Shown here: in pieces, positions 22,163 to 32,165 of the stretch | Numbering within the stretch: position 1 is the first letter of the stretch | How the letters are laid out: each line of letters begins with the position of its first letter | DNA from: Trypethelium eluteriae | Lineage: Eukaryota | Direction: 5' to 3' | Assembly: GCA_051942245.1 (NCBI GenBank) | Contig: JAVECL010000249.1 | Location: 1 to 32,921 of the forward strand | DNA: 32,921 bases | Translations under genes and position numbers: made by a program | The notes under the pieces: generated by a model | Databases searched by the model: none | Seen by the model: only the letters and a program-made list of their open reading frames with translations | Told to the model about the DNA's origin: nothing

Positions 22163-23186
22163 ATGTGGCGTCGGTCACTCGAAAGTAGTGGTGAGCGCCT
22201 CAAGAAGCCTTGTAGCCCATGCTCGAGCTATACGAGGCTTACGACGCTCAGGTCATGAGGTTTCAGGTGTCATCAATGCTCTCGCTGAACTCTGCGATCG
22301 CGATGACTCTGTAGAATCCGGCTTTCTGTGCCACCCATCTACCATCCACATTGCGAAGAAGCCGGGTCAGGGGCAATTATGCGGATATCGAAATATTCAA
22401 ATGCTAATATCTTATGTCCGCGGCGTCTCTGCTCCAGGCCATGAAGTTTTTGCATCTAGCTTACCCTCGGTGCCGCAATTGCAGCTTCTCATCGAGTGCG
22501 CCTGGGATAAGGGGATAAATGCTGATGGGCGAATCGACACGGGTGGCATTAAGGGCACTAGAAAATATATTGGCACACCAGAAGTATGTTTTCGAGTCGT
22601 TTTTTATTGTGATGCATATCTTCATGCCTATCTTCCACTCCTGATCAATGGACGACAAGTACTATGCCAAGATATTATAGCATCTAGCCTTTGGTTAAGG
22701 CCTTTGCATTTTGATATGGCTATGCTCACAATCGCTACTCAGGCTCAAGCTCTATTTAGGAGTATTGAGATTCCGTGCCGAGCCAACCTTCATCGAGAGA
22801 CGGATGATGGCTTAGCTGCGTACGAATCACTTCTGGCTTCAGTAGAGCAATATTTTCGATCCGCCACGAAGACTTCTACGACCTTGTCTACTTTGTCGAA
22901 AGTCGAGCAGACCGAGCTCCCCCCTGTCTTCCTTCAACGTCTAGGCCATTCGCTTACGATAGTCGGCTTCGAAAGACGTACTGATGGTACATCTAACCTC
23001 CTTGTTTTCGACCCAATGTTCGATATCAGGTACTTCATGAAGCACTATCTCAAATCTGGGATTGAAAGCCGGAGATTGAGATTCGTTGGTCCAAAACTTA
23101 TGCTCGATCCGTTTAGGCAAGGCTCAAGAGTCCTGCGGAGATTTAAAGCCTTCGAAACTATAAGTCTAACTACTATTGCATGCTGA
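22163..23186 (+). CDS. Peptidase C78 family cysteine protease, ZUFSP/ZUP1/Mug105-like deubiquitinase; probable exons 22163-22190, 22252-22583, 22743-23186
   Basis: Catalytic motifs LCGYRNIQML (Cys), FLQRLGHSLTIVGFE (His), LLVFDP (Asp), plus LQLLIECAWDKG and GTRKYIGTPE. Introns 22191-22251 and 22584-22742. The start codon is uncertain. Confidence 0.85.
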
Positions 23187-23349
23187 TGCTACGTACAGAC
23201 AGCATCTGAGCAAACTGTTCAGATCGTGTCGTATTTCGTACATCGCTACCTTCAAGATGCTCATTGCTGGATCCAAGGCACTAAGAATCCTGGCACGGAT
23301 ACCAACCAACACAGGCTGGCATGACATCTTCACCAGCTAAACATCCCCA

Positions 23350-25103
23350 CTATGTCTGTCCCGTCACACTCCACAGTCCACAGTCCGCCAAATACGCCCC
23401 ACCCTCAATCGTGAAATCCGGATTATAACCCGGCCACTGCGAGTCCTGACTACACATCTCGCCAATCGCCCCAAACAAATCCATCTCACACTCCTCCTGG
23501 CCCAACCCCGCAAAATCCAGCGTCGAGTTCGACTTGTCCTGCGGGCACGACGACACATCGAAGATCACCGCCACCGCGAGATGTCCGTCATTCTCCGCCG
23601 CCCCGTTCCCCACGATCGCAGGCGCCGACGGCGCCGCCGTCGGATTCAGCACCGTCGAGCTCGCGATCAGCTCGCGATCAGCTCGCTGCAGTAGGTGGCG
23701 GCGGCCGACGACGCGCTCGCGCTGTTCAGTCGTGGCTGTGTGCCTGCGCCGTTGGCTTTCTCGCAGACGGGCGCTTGCACGCCGCTGTAGGGGGCGAGCG
23801 AGGGGTAGGTGCCAGCGGTGCAGGAGCCTTCGACTTGATTCCCGAGGCAGCTGGGGGCTGCGGCTGAGGTGCTGCTCGTGGTGGTGGTAGTGGGAGGCGG
23901 TGTGGATGTGGCGCTCAAGCTGGTGCTTGGCGTCGAGCTCACGAGGCCCAAGCCAGACACTGGGGCATAGATGTCCCAGAGGTTGGGGTCCACGAAGTAC
24001 GGAGAGCCCTTTGGCACGGGGGAGGCCCCCTCGGGGATGACACCTTCCGTTTCGACATAGAGGATGTCGAGAGGCTGGCTGTTGTTCGCTGTTGATAGAG
24101 AGCTGTCGTATGATGCGGAGTTTTCATGGTATCTATCCGGGTACGGAGGTACGTCAAGTTCAAACAGCTGCTGCGCCCAAATTGCTAGACCAGTCATGGC
24201 CCAGGAGTCTGCATTGTACACCGCTCTATCTGTGTTATAGTCCCTGCTGAGATTATATACCCCTTCAGGGCTATACGCATAGTCCAGTGCCCCCGGAGAC
24301 GTCACGATTTGACTCATGTGAAAGGCCTCATGGAAGAAGACATACGCTCGCGACCCGGGTGGTGCCGTATACAACTCCATAATAGTCTTGTCAACGGCAT
24401 GTTTTTCAATTTTATCGACCAAATCAATGAGCGGTATTGCCCATTTGGGATCGAAGAAAGGTGGACAGAACGTGATATACCAGTTGTTGAAGAAGTTGTC
24501 TTCATCTTCCCACGCCAAAAAAACGCTGGGACCATCGGCTTGCCCGCATTTCTTGAACCAGAAGCTGTCTTCGTTGCAATACACCCAAAGGTAGGCATGG
24601 CCGTAAGTAGACTTCCCGTCATAGAGCCCTAGCATTCTTTCGACTGTGTCTACAGATATACACAACGTTGGTTGTGGCCTCACCAAGTCCTTAGGCTAGG
24701 GGAGAAGGACAGATTATTTACCCTGAATTTGCTCTGGAAAATTATGTCCTTGGTAATTCGAGTATGTGCTTCTAGTACCCATATACATGTCAACCGCTGC
24801 TTGGTAGTCTGCCTTTGGCTTCCATGAAGCAAAAGCATCTGCGAAAAACTTCGAATCGTCCCATGCTTCCGTGACATTTGCCATCTGTTCTGGGGTGCAC
24901 GTTTTCCGGAAATGCCATTCGAACTTGCCAGGGCGGGTGGTGCTAGCGTTGCCAGCAGTGGGCTCTGGTAATGTAGAAGCGTTAGATGGTGTGATCACAT
25001 ATCCCGGAGGGCCAGAACTCTGACGGCCCCGCAGAACACCGCCCGTAGCATAGGCTATCCAGACGAGGAATGAAAACAGGAAGAAACCAGGGGAGTCTTT
25101 CAT
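23350..25103 (-). pseudogene. Secreted M35/aspzincin-like zinc metalloprotease with Ser/Thr linker and Cys-containing C-terminal domain; truncated at 23667 by an 11-bp duplication
   Basis: Signal peptide MKDSPGFFLFSFLVWIAYATGG; probable intron 24721-24650; ITFCPPFF, FFHEAFH (HExxH), GALDYAY and YNADSW motifs. Removing one GCTCGCGATCA copy joins ORF 23667-24686 to ORF 23350-23652. The catalytic domain precedes the lesion, so the truncated product may still function. Confidence 0.7.
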
Positions 25104-27068
25104 TATGATCTTCACAAGAAACCCGATCGCAGCAAACAGATGCTCAGAGATGATGTGAACTTCAGGAAGCAAGACATCAGTCCAAGCAATGGAACATAGA
25201 AGTACTTGGACTATGCAGCAAACAGTTTCAAATTAATCTAATCTTGCAATAATTGAACCTTCAATGCAACAGAGTAGAACGGCACGGACGGTCAGGTGAA
25301 TGTCACAACTTTAATCATAATACGAGCTGAAAGTGTAATTTCGGAAACACTAAGACGCTACAACGGTGAGAGATAGACTGATATCAGTATCTCTTAAATT
25401 GGAGGACTGAAAGACGACACGATTCGCGGTGAACAACGTGGGCTGGATTTGTTGACGTGTCTTTGTGTGATTGAGCGACATAGTGTGTTCCAAACTCGAC
25501 GAAGACAACGAAATGCCGTTATCTTGAGTATAAATAGGTTGGAGTTTTTCTGGGGGCCTGCGTTGATGAAGATAAGTGTGATACGAAAGCCTACTCACGC
25601 CAAGTCAAGTACCTTGACTGAGTTTTTTGACGTGCAGCAAGGTCAGTGGGAGCGTCAATTGTTACTTAGGACAGGATATACAGTGTGGGCTTATGGTATT
25701 CATCGTGGTAGAGGATCCGTGGACCATTGAAGTAAAGTTGTAAATGGGGACAGTTCTTTGAACAGAATATTGGTCTGGCTTAGGAGCTTACGTACCTACA
25801 GTCAAGCAACACTGCGTTGTTTCTACACCCCAGGACCGTACAATATAAAGTGAAAAGCCCCATATTTCACTTCACCTGGATCACCTCTGTCCTTTACCCG
25901 GGCCGACATTACATGCTCCATATGGATACTCCAAAGAGTAGCTCTTTCACAAAATCGATCCATTACCCAGTTCTTCACTTCTTGCGACCAAGCCTGAACG
26001 TAGCTCCCTGCAGCTCAATAATTTTATCTTCTTGCCGATGAACATGTTGCCTAGATACGCTGCTTGTCTCAAGATAGAAACTTTGCTATATTGCTGGACA
26101 TGTGTGTCTCGTGATAGAATATATTCCCCCGGTTACGACGTTAAGATCGTGGTCTATTACGTTACTCTATAAGCCAATTTACGAGAAGTACGCACTTATG
26201 ACGATGAGTAAGACTAACGCCGATCGAGTCCATAATAGCTTCATTGTTAGTTTCGTCAAAGCCGACACGCTATCGCAAGTTCGAGCTACTATCAAGGAGT
26301 TTGATAAGATTTCTTTGACTTGAGCGAGGCTTGTGTACGTATCAGACTCTCCTTAAACGTCAGATCCGATCCGGCACATAGCGCTATTTCTTCCCCATCA
26401 GCGAGTCAAACTCAAAGCTGCTCATCTCCATGCACCACAAGCTTGACCTTGGCCGAGCCGTTGTCGTCTCTCCGTGTCCGATGAACCTCGAGAAGCACTT
26501 GATCTGTGCCATCCTACACGATGCATCTACCAACGCTCGCGCCTTGCTCCTCCTTCATCACGTAGGCGATCATTGTCCTGGTACTGTTGGAGTGGCAGCA
26601 GCCGCGGTCGGGATTGGACTTTACCACTTTCTCACTGTTTCGAGCGTCTGCATATGGTAGGAAAGAGATTTGCCTCGTATAGTCGCCCATAGAATCGAAT
26701 ACACGAATGTTTCCCGAATGACCATCCAAACCCACTGACATACTGCTGATAGATGAGGCGGCGTCCAATTATGAATTCCTTGATTAAGAAAGATCCTTCG
26801 AGAAGAGCTGCCCGACTAGCTGTCATCAGTCACTATCCTTGAGGTATAGGTAGTTGATCCTGCATTTTCGATGGCGCGAGTAGCCGCAGAAGCTGCGAAG
26901 AGGGCGACGTAGATTCCAGTTGGTTGCGGAGAACGACTGTACTGGAAACGTGGCAGTACTCGATACATTAAGACTTCAACAACGCGGAGAAGACACAGCA
27001 CAGTATCTGCTTGCTGCAGCCCATCCCAATGCCATTTCCAGCATTGAGGTGTAAAGCGAAGAGCCGTT

Positions 27069-27326
27069 TCAGTCGAGGTGGAGAATCTTTTTCTTCTTGG
27101 CACTCCAAGGATCCTGGGGAACCTTGTCTATGATTGGCCTATGCTCGTAGAAGAAGTAGTACAACAACAGTACTATAAGCAAAGCCAAGATCTTCCATTT
27201 ATGCCGCCGGATCGGAGCAGACCAAAAGCTAGGCTGCCACCAGTCAGGACCAAATTCCTCCCAGTAGTCGGGACCTCGCTCCCATCTTTCGGATACCGAA
27301 GCTTCTGGTAGCTCTTTCGATGTCAT
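27069..27326 (-). CDS. Possible small single-pass membrane protein or 5' remnant of a decayed gene
   Basis: ATG-initiated 85-aa ORF with Trp-rich N-terminus, basic patch (IRRHKWK) and clear TM segment (ILALLIVLLLYYFFY). No recognisable family. Confidence 0.3.
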   Translation of the reverse strand: MTSKELPEASVSERWERGPDYWEEFGPDWWQPSFWSAPIRRHKWKILALLIVLLLYYFFYEHRPIIDKVPQDPWSAKKKKILHLD

Positions 27327-27877
27327 GATTGCTGATGTATCAAGGATAGCAATCCGCGGAATTGAGAGTAGCGAGGACAGGCAAACGAGAATTTAAAGTC
27401 TTGGTAGTGAGGTACCCGAGTGCGATGAGTCCGCCTAGGGTTTCAGAATACTCAGGATTGCTTTGAGCTTAGATGCGTTGAAGATGAGTGTGTCAATTGT
27501 TCTAAGAACAAAGAAAGGCGCGAGACTTGCAGCTTCAGGTACGGAGTCCTACGACAGGGTTTGTAGGTGCCCGCAGTTATACCTTCAGGTACGTAACCAG
27601 TGCGCAGCATCACCAGGTCAGTTGCCTTGGGCTACAAAATTTTCTCTCACAAGGCGTGTTAATCATGAAGTTCAGATGCATCTTCTCACTTTTGCGACTT
27701 TGCGGCTGTTAGCGGCATTCGCTATCTAGGTCTAACGGAAAAGATAACGAAAGCCGAGCTACCAGCATCGATTATCGAGGTACCTTATCAGACTAGGCTG
27801 TGCCTACAGAGATGCCTACTCTGGCTTGGCTAATTTCCATTCTCCTACAGTTACATCCCGGAAGGATCAAAAGTGAC

Positions 27878-29464
27878 CTAGTTCCACCAGAAACTCACGC
27901 TGAAGCTCGTACTTAAGCTTTCAACGTAATGCCACCATCCCTTTGGAATATACAAGCAGTCTCCAGGGCCCAACAGTCCCTCCACATATTGTGCCTTTTC
28001 GAAAAGAGGAAACCGCTCCGCGACCGGTGATTCCGATGCTGCATTCTCTGAATCATGACCCCGCGGGACATCGACGGGACCTCCCTTATCCCGTGAAATG
28101 AAAGGCTGCAGGTCGATTTGACTGGTGTTGCTCATATCAACACCCTGTTCATCTATTCCGTGGGGGTACAGATGAGACGTCTGGTCTGGCGCATAGAGTC
28201 GAATGTATTTGGATCCGACCACCTGGCAGAATATATTGTGGTACGGATCAGTATGGAGAGGTGAGATGGTGCCACCAGGACCGAGCCATGCATTCATCAA
28301 AGGTTCGTCGGATGATGACATGGATTCCGACTCTTGAGGCGTGGCCGCGGTTGCGCAATAGCAGTAATCTGGGATGGCAATGTCGGAGCGTAATGAAGGA
28401 ATTTGGGAGAGCAAATCATGTTGTGCCAAGTATCCAGTGAGGTTTATTTTGCGCTTCGACGTTTGATACTCACTGTTTGCTGAACATTGTGTAGCACCCG
28501 AATGCCTTTCCGATTGCTCCGGCTCCTCTTCCGCGGCGACGTTCCAGCCGGATAACGTAGTAGCTTCACTGCACTTCCGCAGTAAACAATTACTCATGAA
28601 TTCCCGGAATGTGATGATGCGTTGACCCCATCCAGCGTCAGTGTAGCTCCGGCCAAATTCCACGGGTACAAGCCTTCGGCCTCCTAGAGTCTTGCGTAGG
28701 AGGTAATGTGGGTCTGACCAACTTCTGGAAGGATCACTCAGAGCCGGCCAATAGACCAAGGCGTCTTGGATGATAAGTGGAGTTGGAGAGCCACGGTTAG
28801 CAAGCAAATGGTCTTGGAATTGGTCGAAGGGTAGGTTACTGTGTGCAGGAATGGCATGCAGAATTTTGGGCTTGTGAAAGAAATGAGTTGCAAATTGAAG
28901 TACCTCTCTGTTGGGAACCATCATAGCCCTTTCGATCTTGCGACGCTTCATATATGGTTCGTTCTGGTCCCGACGGTCTTGGTTACATGAATCATACAGA
29001 ACGTTCTCTAAACCGTCTATCAGACGATGAACAAGTTGCTCTCGTCCTGGCAAACCTGATATAATAGCCGCCTTATCGAGGGTTTCAACTACAATCGAGA
29101 TCCAGTCCAGCTGAGATGAACTTGATGACTGACTATGATCAATGCGTTCATTCGTCATAACTCCTTGCATCGCTTTCAAGGCCACATGCAGCGAGGCCTC
29201 TTCAAAGAGTCTTCTCCAATATATGGGCACGTCTTGATATGGGAAGCTGTGAAGCTTTTCATGGGCAAGACGAACTACTTGATTTGGCGAAATTTGGAGA
29301 GCCGAGAGTAGAGCATCGCCGCAAGCCCAAATAGGATCGCTTGGCTTGAAATCATTGGAAATGGCGGCTGCAAGCCAATCGACAAGAGGTTTTGGTGGCG
29401 TCGGTAGCTTGTTCTCGGCCCCGGTACGTATATTAGGCGCTGTGTTCTCACCAGCCGTGTCCAT
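27878..29464 (-). CDS. JmjC-domain protein, JMJD5/KDM8-like (cupin-like Fe(II)/2OG oxygenase)
   Basis: RLVPVEFGRSYTDAGWGQ, GYLAQHDLLSQIPSLRSDIAIPDYC, NAWLGPGGTISPLHTDPYHN (HxD), YIPKGWWHYVESLSTSFSVSFWW. First in-frame ATG at 29464. Confidence 0.93.
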   Translation of the reverse strand: MDTAGENTAPNIRTGAENKLPTPPKPLVDWLAAAISNDFKPSDPIWACGDALLSALQISPNQVVRLAHEKLHSFPYQDVPIYWRRLFEEASLHVALKAMQGVMTNERIDHSQSSSSSQLDWISIVVETLDKAAIISGLPGREQLVHRLIDGLENVLYDSCNQDRRDQNEPYMKRRKIERAMMVPNREVLQFATHFFHKPKILHAIPAHSNLPFDQFQDHLLANRGSPTPLIIQDALVYWPALSDPSRSWSDPHYLLRKTLGGRRLVPVEFGRSYTDAGWGQRIITFREFMSNCLLRKCSEATTLSGWNVAAEEEPEQSERHSGATQCSANSEYQTSKRKINLTGYLAQHDLLSQIPSLRSDIAIPDYCYCATAATPQESESMSSSDEPLMNAWLGPGGTISPLHTDPYHNIFCQVVGSKYIRLYAPDQTSHLYPHGIDEQGVDMSNTSQIDLQPFISRDKGGPVDVPRGHDSENAASESPVAERFPLFEKAQYVEGLLGPGDCLYIPKGWWHYVESLSTSFSVSFWWN

Positions 29465-30557
29465 GGCTAGCACTTATCGAACAGTCGCTAAAACCTGACG
29501 ATATCTGGCTGCAAGGTGGTGCGACGTGCCCAGGAGCTCGAGTAAGGTTAAATGCGCGCCAGGAACTATGCACTGCAGCGGGATCTGCAGCAGGGACAGA
29601 TTAGTATATGTCGATTGCAGCGCTATTATAGAGATGATATCCAAAAGGGTCAAGACAGAGCCTGAAGAGGAGGTGAAATAGGTGTCTACTTGATGGAAAT
29701 TAACCAGACTCGGCTGATGTCACGATCTCCGCGTGTTCACGTGCTCGAACCCCTGCCGCGCCCTGATCAGCTGGCGCCCTGTGATGCACCCCAGTGACCC
29801 CCACCAGCCCCGAGTCGTGGGCCCCGAGGCTCGGCCGTTGGCTGGAAGCGATAATATTGGTTGATTGTGGCAAGGGCTCAAAAGGCGCACACCGGCCGCT
29901 TCTTACCTCGAGAAGGAGATGAGAGACAGGGTTCGTGCTATTTTGAGTCTTCTTCAAGTCGTGATGGTCTTGAGCTTGGCATCGTGGACCCGTTCCCATC
30001 CCCGTCCCACCAGCCTCCGAGTCCTCTTCCTCCGGCTGGGAATAAAATCTCCTGGCCTCTTCCCAGCTTGCCGAGGGGCCGCCACCGCAGCACCCTCCGG
30101 TTTAAGACTCGGCTCGTTATCGAGATCGAGTCCGGACCCTTGACAGCTGTTGTCTTGGCCGCTTATCTCGAGCCGACCGAGACCATGCCATAGCCCTTCC
30201 CATCACTCATCACTCGCTAGTTATCGCGTGGCTACTTGTACCACGGCCAACACCGCCTGCCCATTATCATCGCTAGTTCCCTTCGCCCATCATCCATTGC
30301 CTCGTCCGTTGCCTTGCCTCTTCCCTCGTCCCTCGAGCTCCTTTCCCCCCATCTTCGCTGTTCTCACTTCTCCGCTTCTATTTCCCATGCCTTGATCGCT
30401 GCTCTTAATCGCTAGGTTCAACATTAATCATCCTCATGACAACATCCTTGGGGCGCCTGCTGGTGCGCCGTCTGACTGCCGCATTCAGCTATCCCTGACC
30501 TTCCACTACGTGCTGCTCGCCCCTCCTCGGAGGTGGTGGGCATGAACTGAGCAAACG

Positions 30558-32165
30558 ATGGGTTCGTATGGCTCGTATGGCTCCGTTTACTCCTCGTCGC
30601 CGCCAGAACCCAGGACGAGACTCGAAAATAACCCCACATTATTGTTCTCGTGGTGGACGACCATGTTCTCGTTTGTCATTATCCTGTTACGGATATGTGG
30701 GCGCTACATACGGACCGAGCGACTTTTTCGAGAAGATAAGATTATGGCGCTGAGTATTATCCCGCTCATGATTCGAATGGCCTTCGTTCATGTCATCCTT
30801 CTCTATGGCACGAATAACGTCATCGCGACCAATCTCACTGAAAGGGAAATCTACCACCGGTCTATCGGATCCAGGCTGGTGCTGGCTTCTCGCATATTCT
30901 ATGCGCTTTTCATATGGACTGCCAAATTCACCGTCTCCGAATTTCTCAAGCGTCTCACCGATACCATGTGGCGGAAGAGCTATGAGACTGGCCTGAGGTT
31001 CATCCGCATCTTTCTCGTCATCACCTTCTTGATTACTGTAATTGCGGACCTGGCCGAATGCCAACCCTTCGACCATTATTGGCAAGTGGTTCCGGACCCA
31101 GGCCCACACTGTCGTCAAGGCTTCGCTCAACTTCTAACCATGGGCATAGCCGACATCATCACCGATGTTCTCCTCGTCGCTTTCCCTGTTCCTATCATCC
31201 TTCGTTCAGCGATGCCCCTTAAACGTAAGCTCTCCCTGGTCGTGCTCTTCGGCCTCTCCTTCATCCTGATTGTCATCACCGCGTATCGGATGCCAGCCGT
31301 GATACGTCATCAAGGAAGGCAGCAATATCGAACCGTTTGGGCGTCCGCGGAGATGCTCGCCGCTGCTGCTGTATCCAATGCGCTGGTGATTGGTTCATTC
31401 ATCAGAGATCGCGGCTTGAAAAAGCCCAAGTATAAATTTGGATCCACAACAGACAGCATCGAACAGGTATCAACCCGAAGGCCTACTTTGAGTAGCAACC
31501 GACGCGATAGTGATGAAGATCTTTTCAGAGGCCACGGATTCAGACTCGACGGCGAGGGCCGCCATCTGCCGTCCGCACCTCGCCCTGCACCTGTGGCCTT
31601 GCCTGCAGCTCGTCGAGACGCTGGTTTAGATCCTGACTGGCAGTTTCCGGAGCTCGGCAGCAAATTCGACAGCTCCGGTGAAGCAAGTCATCTCGAGTAC
31701 CATCACGACAATCCTCCAAGTCCTGGAGAGATCACAGTTGCTTCCCCACGTCGGAATGTGACGTTCTTTGACGTCGGCGGTCTTCTGGAGAACGGGCCGG
31801 GCTCTATAACACAATCGCCGAGCGCCACCACGATTGCACACGATTTTGCCCAAGATCAATCTCGGAGGGGCTCAAGGGCATTACTGTCAGATCTAGGTGG
31901 CCTATTTACGCCAACCACGAGAATAGGCCGTCGACCCTCCCGACCTATCCTAGAATCTCACGAGATGATGCCGCGAAATGTTAGTCGCTATCCAAATGCC
32001 ACGTCGAGTGGAAGTATTGGACCGCTCTTGAGTAATGACTCTCAAAGCTTGCAAGATGTCGCCGGGCTTCTAACAGACGACCGTTTCTCCCATGAAACGG
32101 CTCCGGCGAGTGAGGAGAATACCCCTACCGCCCCTGCACCCACGCCTTTCACTATTAATAACTGA
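30558..32165 (+). CDS. PTH11-like (fungal rhodopsin-domain) multi-pass integral membrane protein without CFEM domain, long cytoplasmic tail
   Basis: About seven hydrophobic segments; REDKIMALS, FIWTAKF, ECQPFDHYWQ...C, DIITDVLLVAFPVPII...LKRKLSLVVLF motifs typical of PTH11-related proteins. Confidence 0.85.
   Translation: MGSYGSYGSVYSSSPPEPRTRLENNPTLLFSWWTTMFSFVIILLRICGRYIRTERLFREDKIMALSIIPLMIRMAFVHVILLYGTNNVIATNLTEREIYHRSIGSRLVLASRIFYALFIWTAKFTVSEFLKRLTDTMWRKSYETGLRFIRIFLVITFLITVIADLAECQPFDHYWQVVPDPGPHCRQGFAQLLTMGIADIITDVLLVAFPVPIILRSAMPLKRKLSLVVLFGLSFILIVITAYRMPAVIRHQGRQQYRTVWASAEMLAAAAVSNALVIGSFIRDRGLKKPKYKFGSTTDSIEQVSTRRPTLSSNRRDSDEDLFRGHGFRLDGEGRHLPSAPRPAPVALPAARRDAGLDPDWQFPELGSKFDSSGEASHLEYHHDNPPSPGEITVASPRRNVTFFDVGGLLENGPGSITQSPSATTIAHDFAQDQSRRGSRALLSDLGGLFTPTTRIGRRPSRPILESHEMMPRNVSRYPNATSSGSIGPLLSNDSQSLQDVAGLLTDDRFSHETAPASEENTPTAPAPTPFTINN

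Noticed and set aside
26080..26330. Fragment FIVSFVKADTLSQVRATIKEFDKI resembling a short-chain dehydrogenase segment
   Set aside because: Too short; no GxxxGxG, NAG or YxxxK motif found nearby.
10895..29464. DIM-5 plus a JmjC protein as an H3K9 writer/eraser cluster
   Set aside because: The JmjC protein is JMJD5/KDM8-like, not a KDM4/Epe1-type factor, and lies 16 kb away with unrelated genes between.
29480..30557. ORFs between the JmjC and PTH11-like genes
   Set aside because: Non-ATG or low-complexity ORFs in a pyrimidine-rich divergent promoter/5' UTR region.
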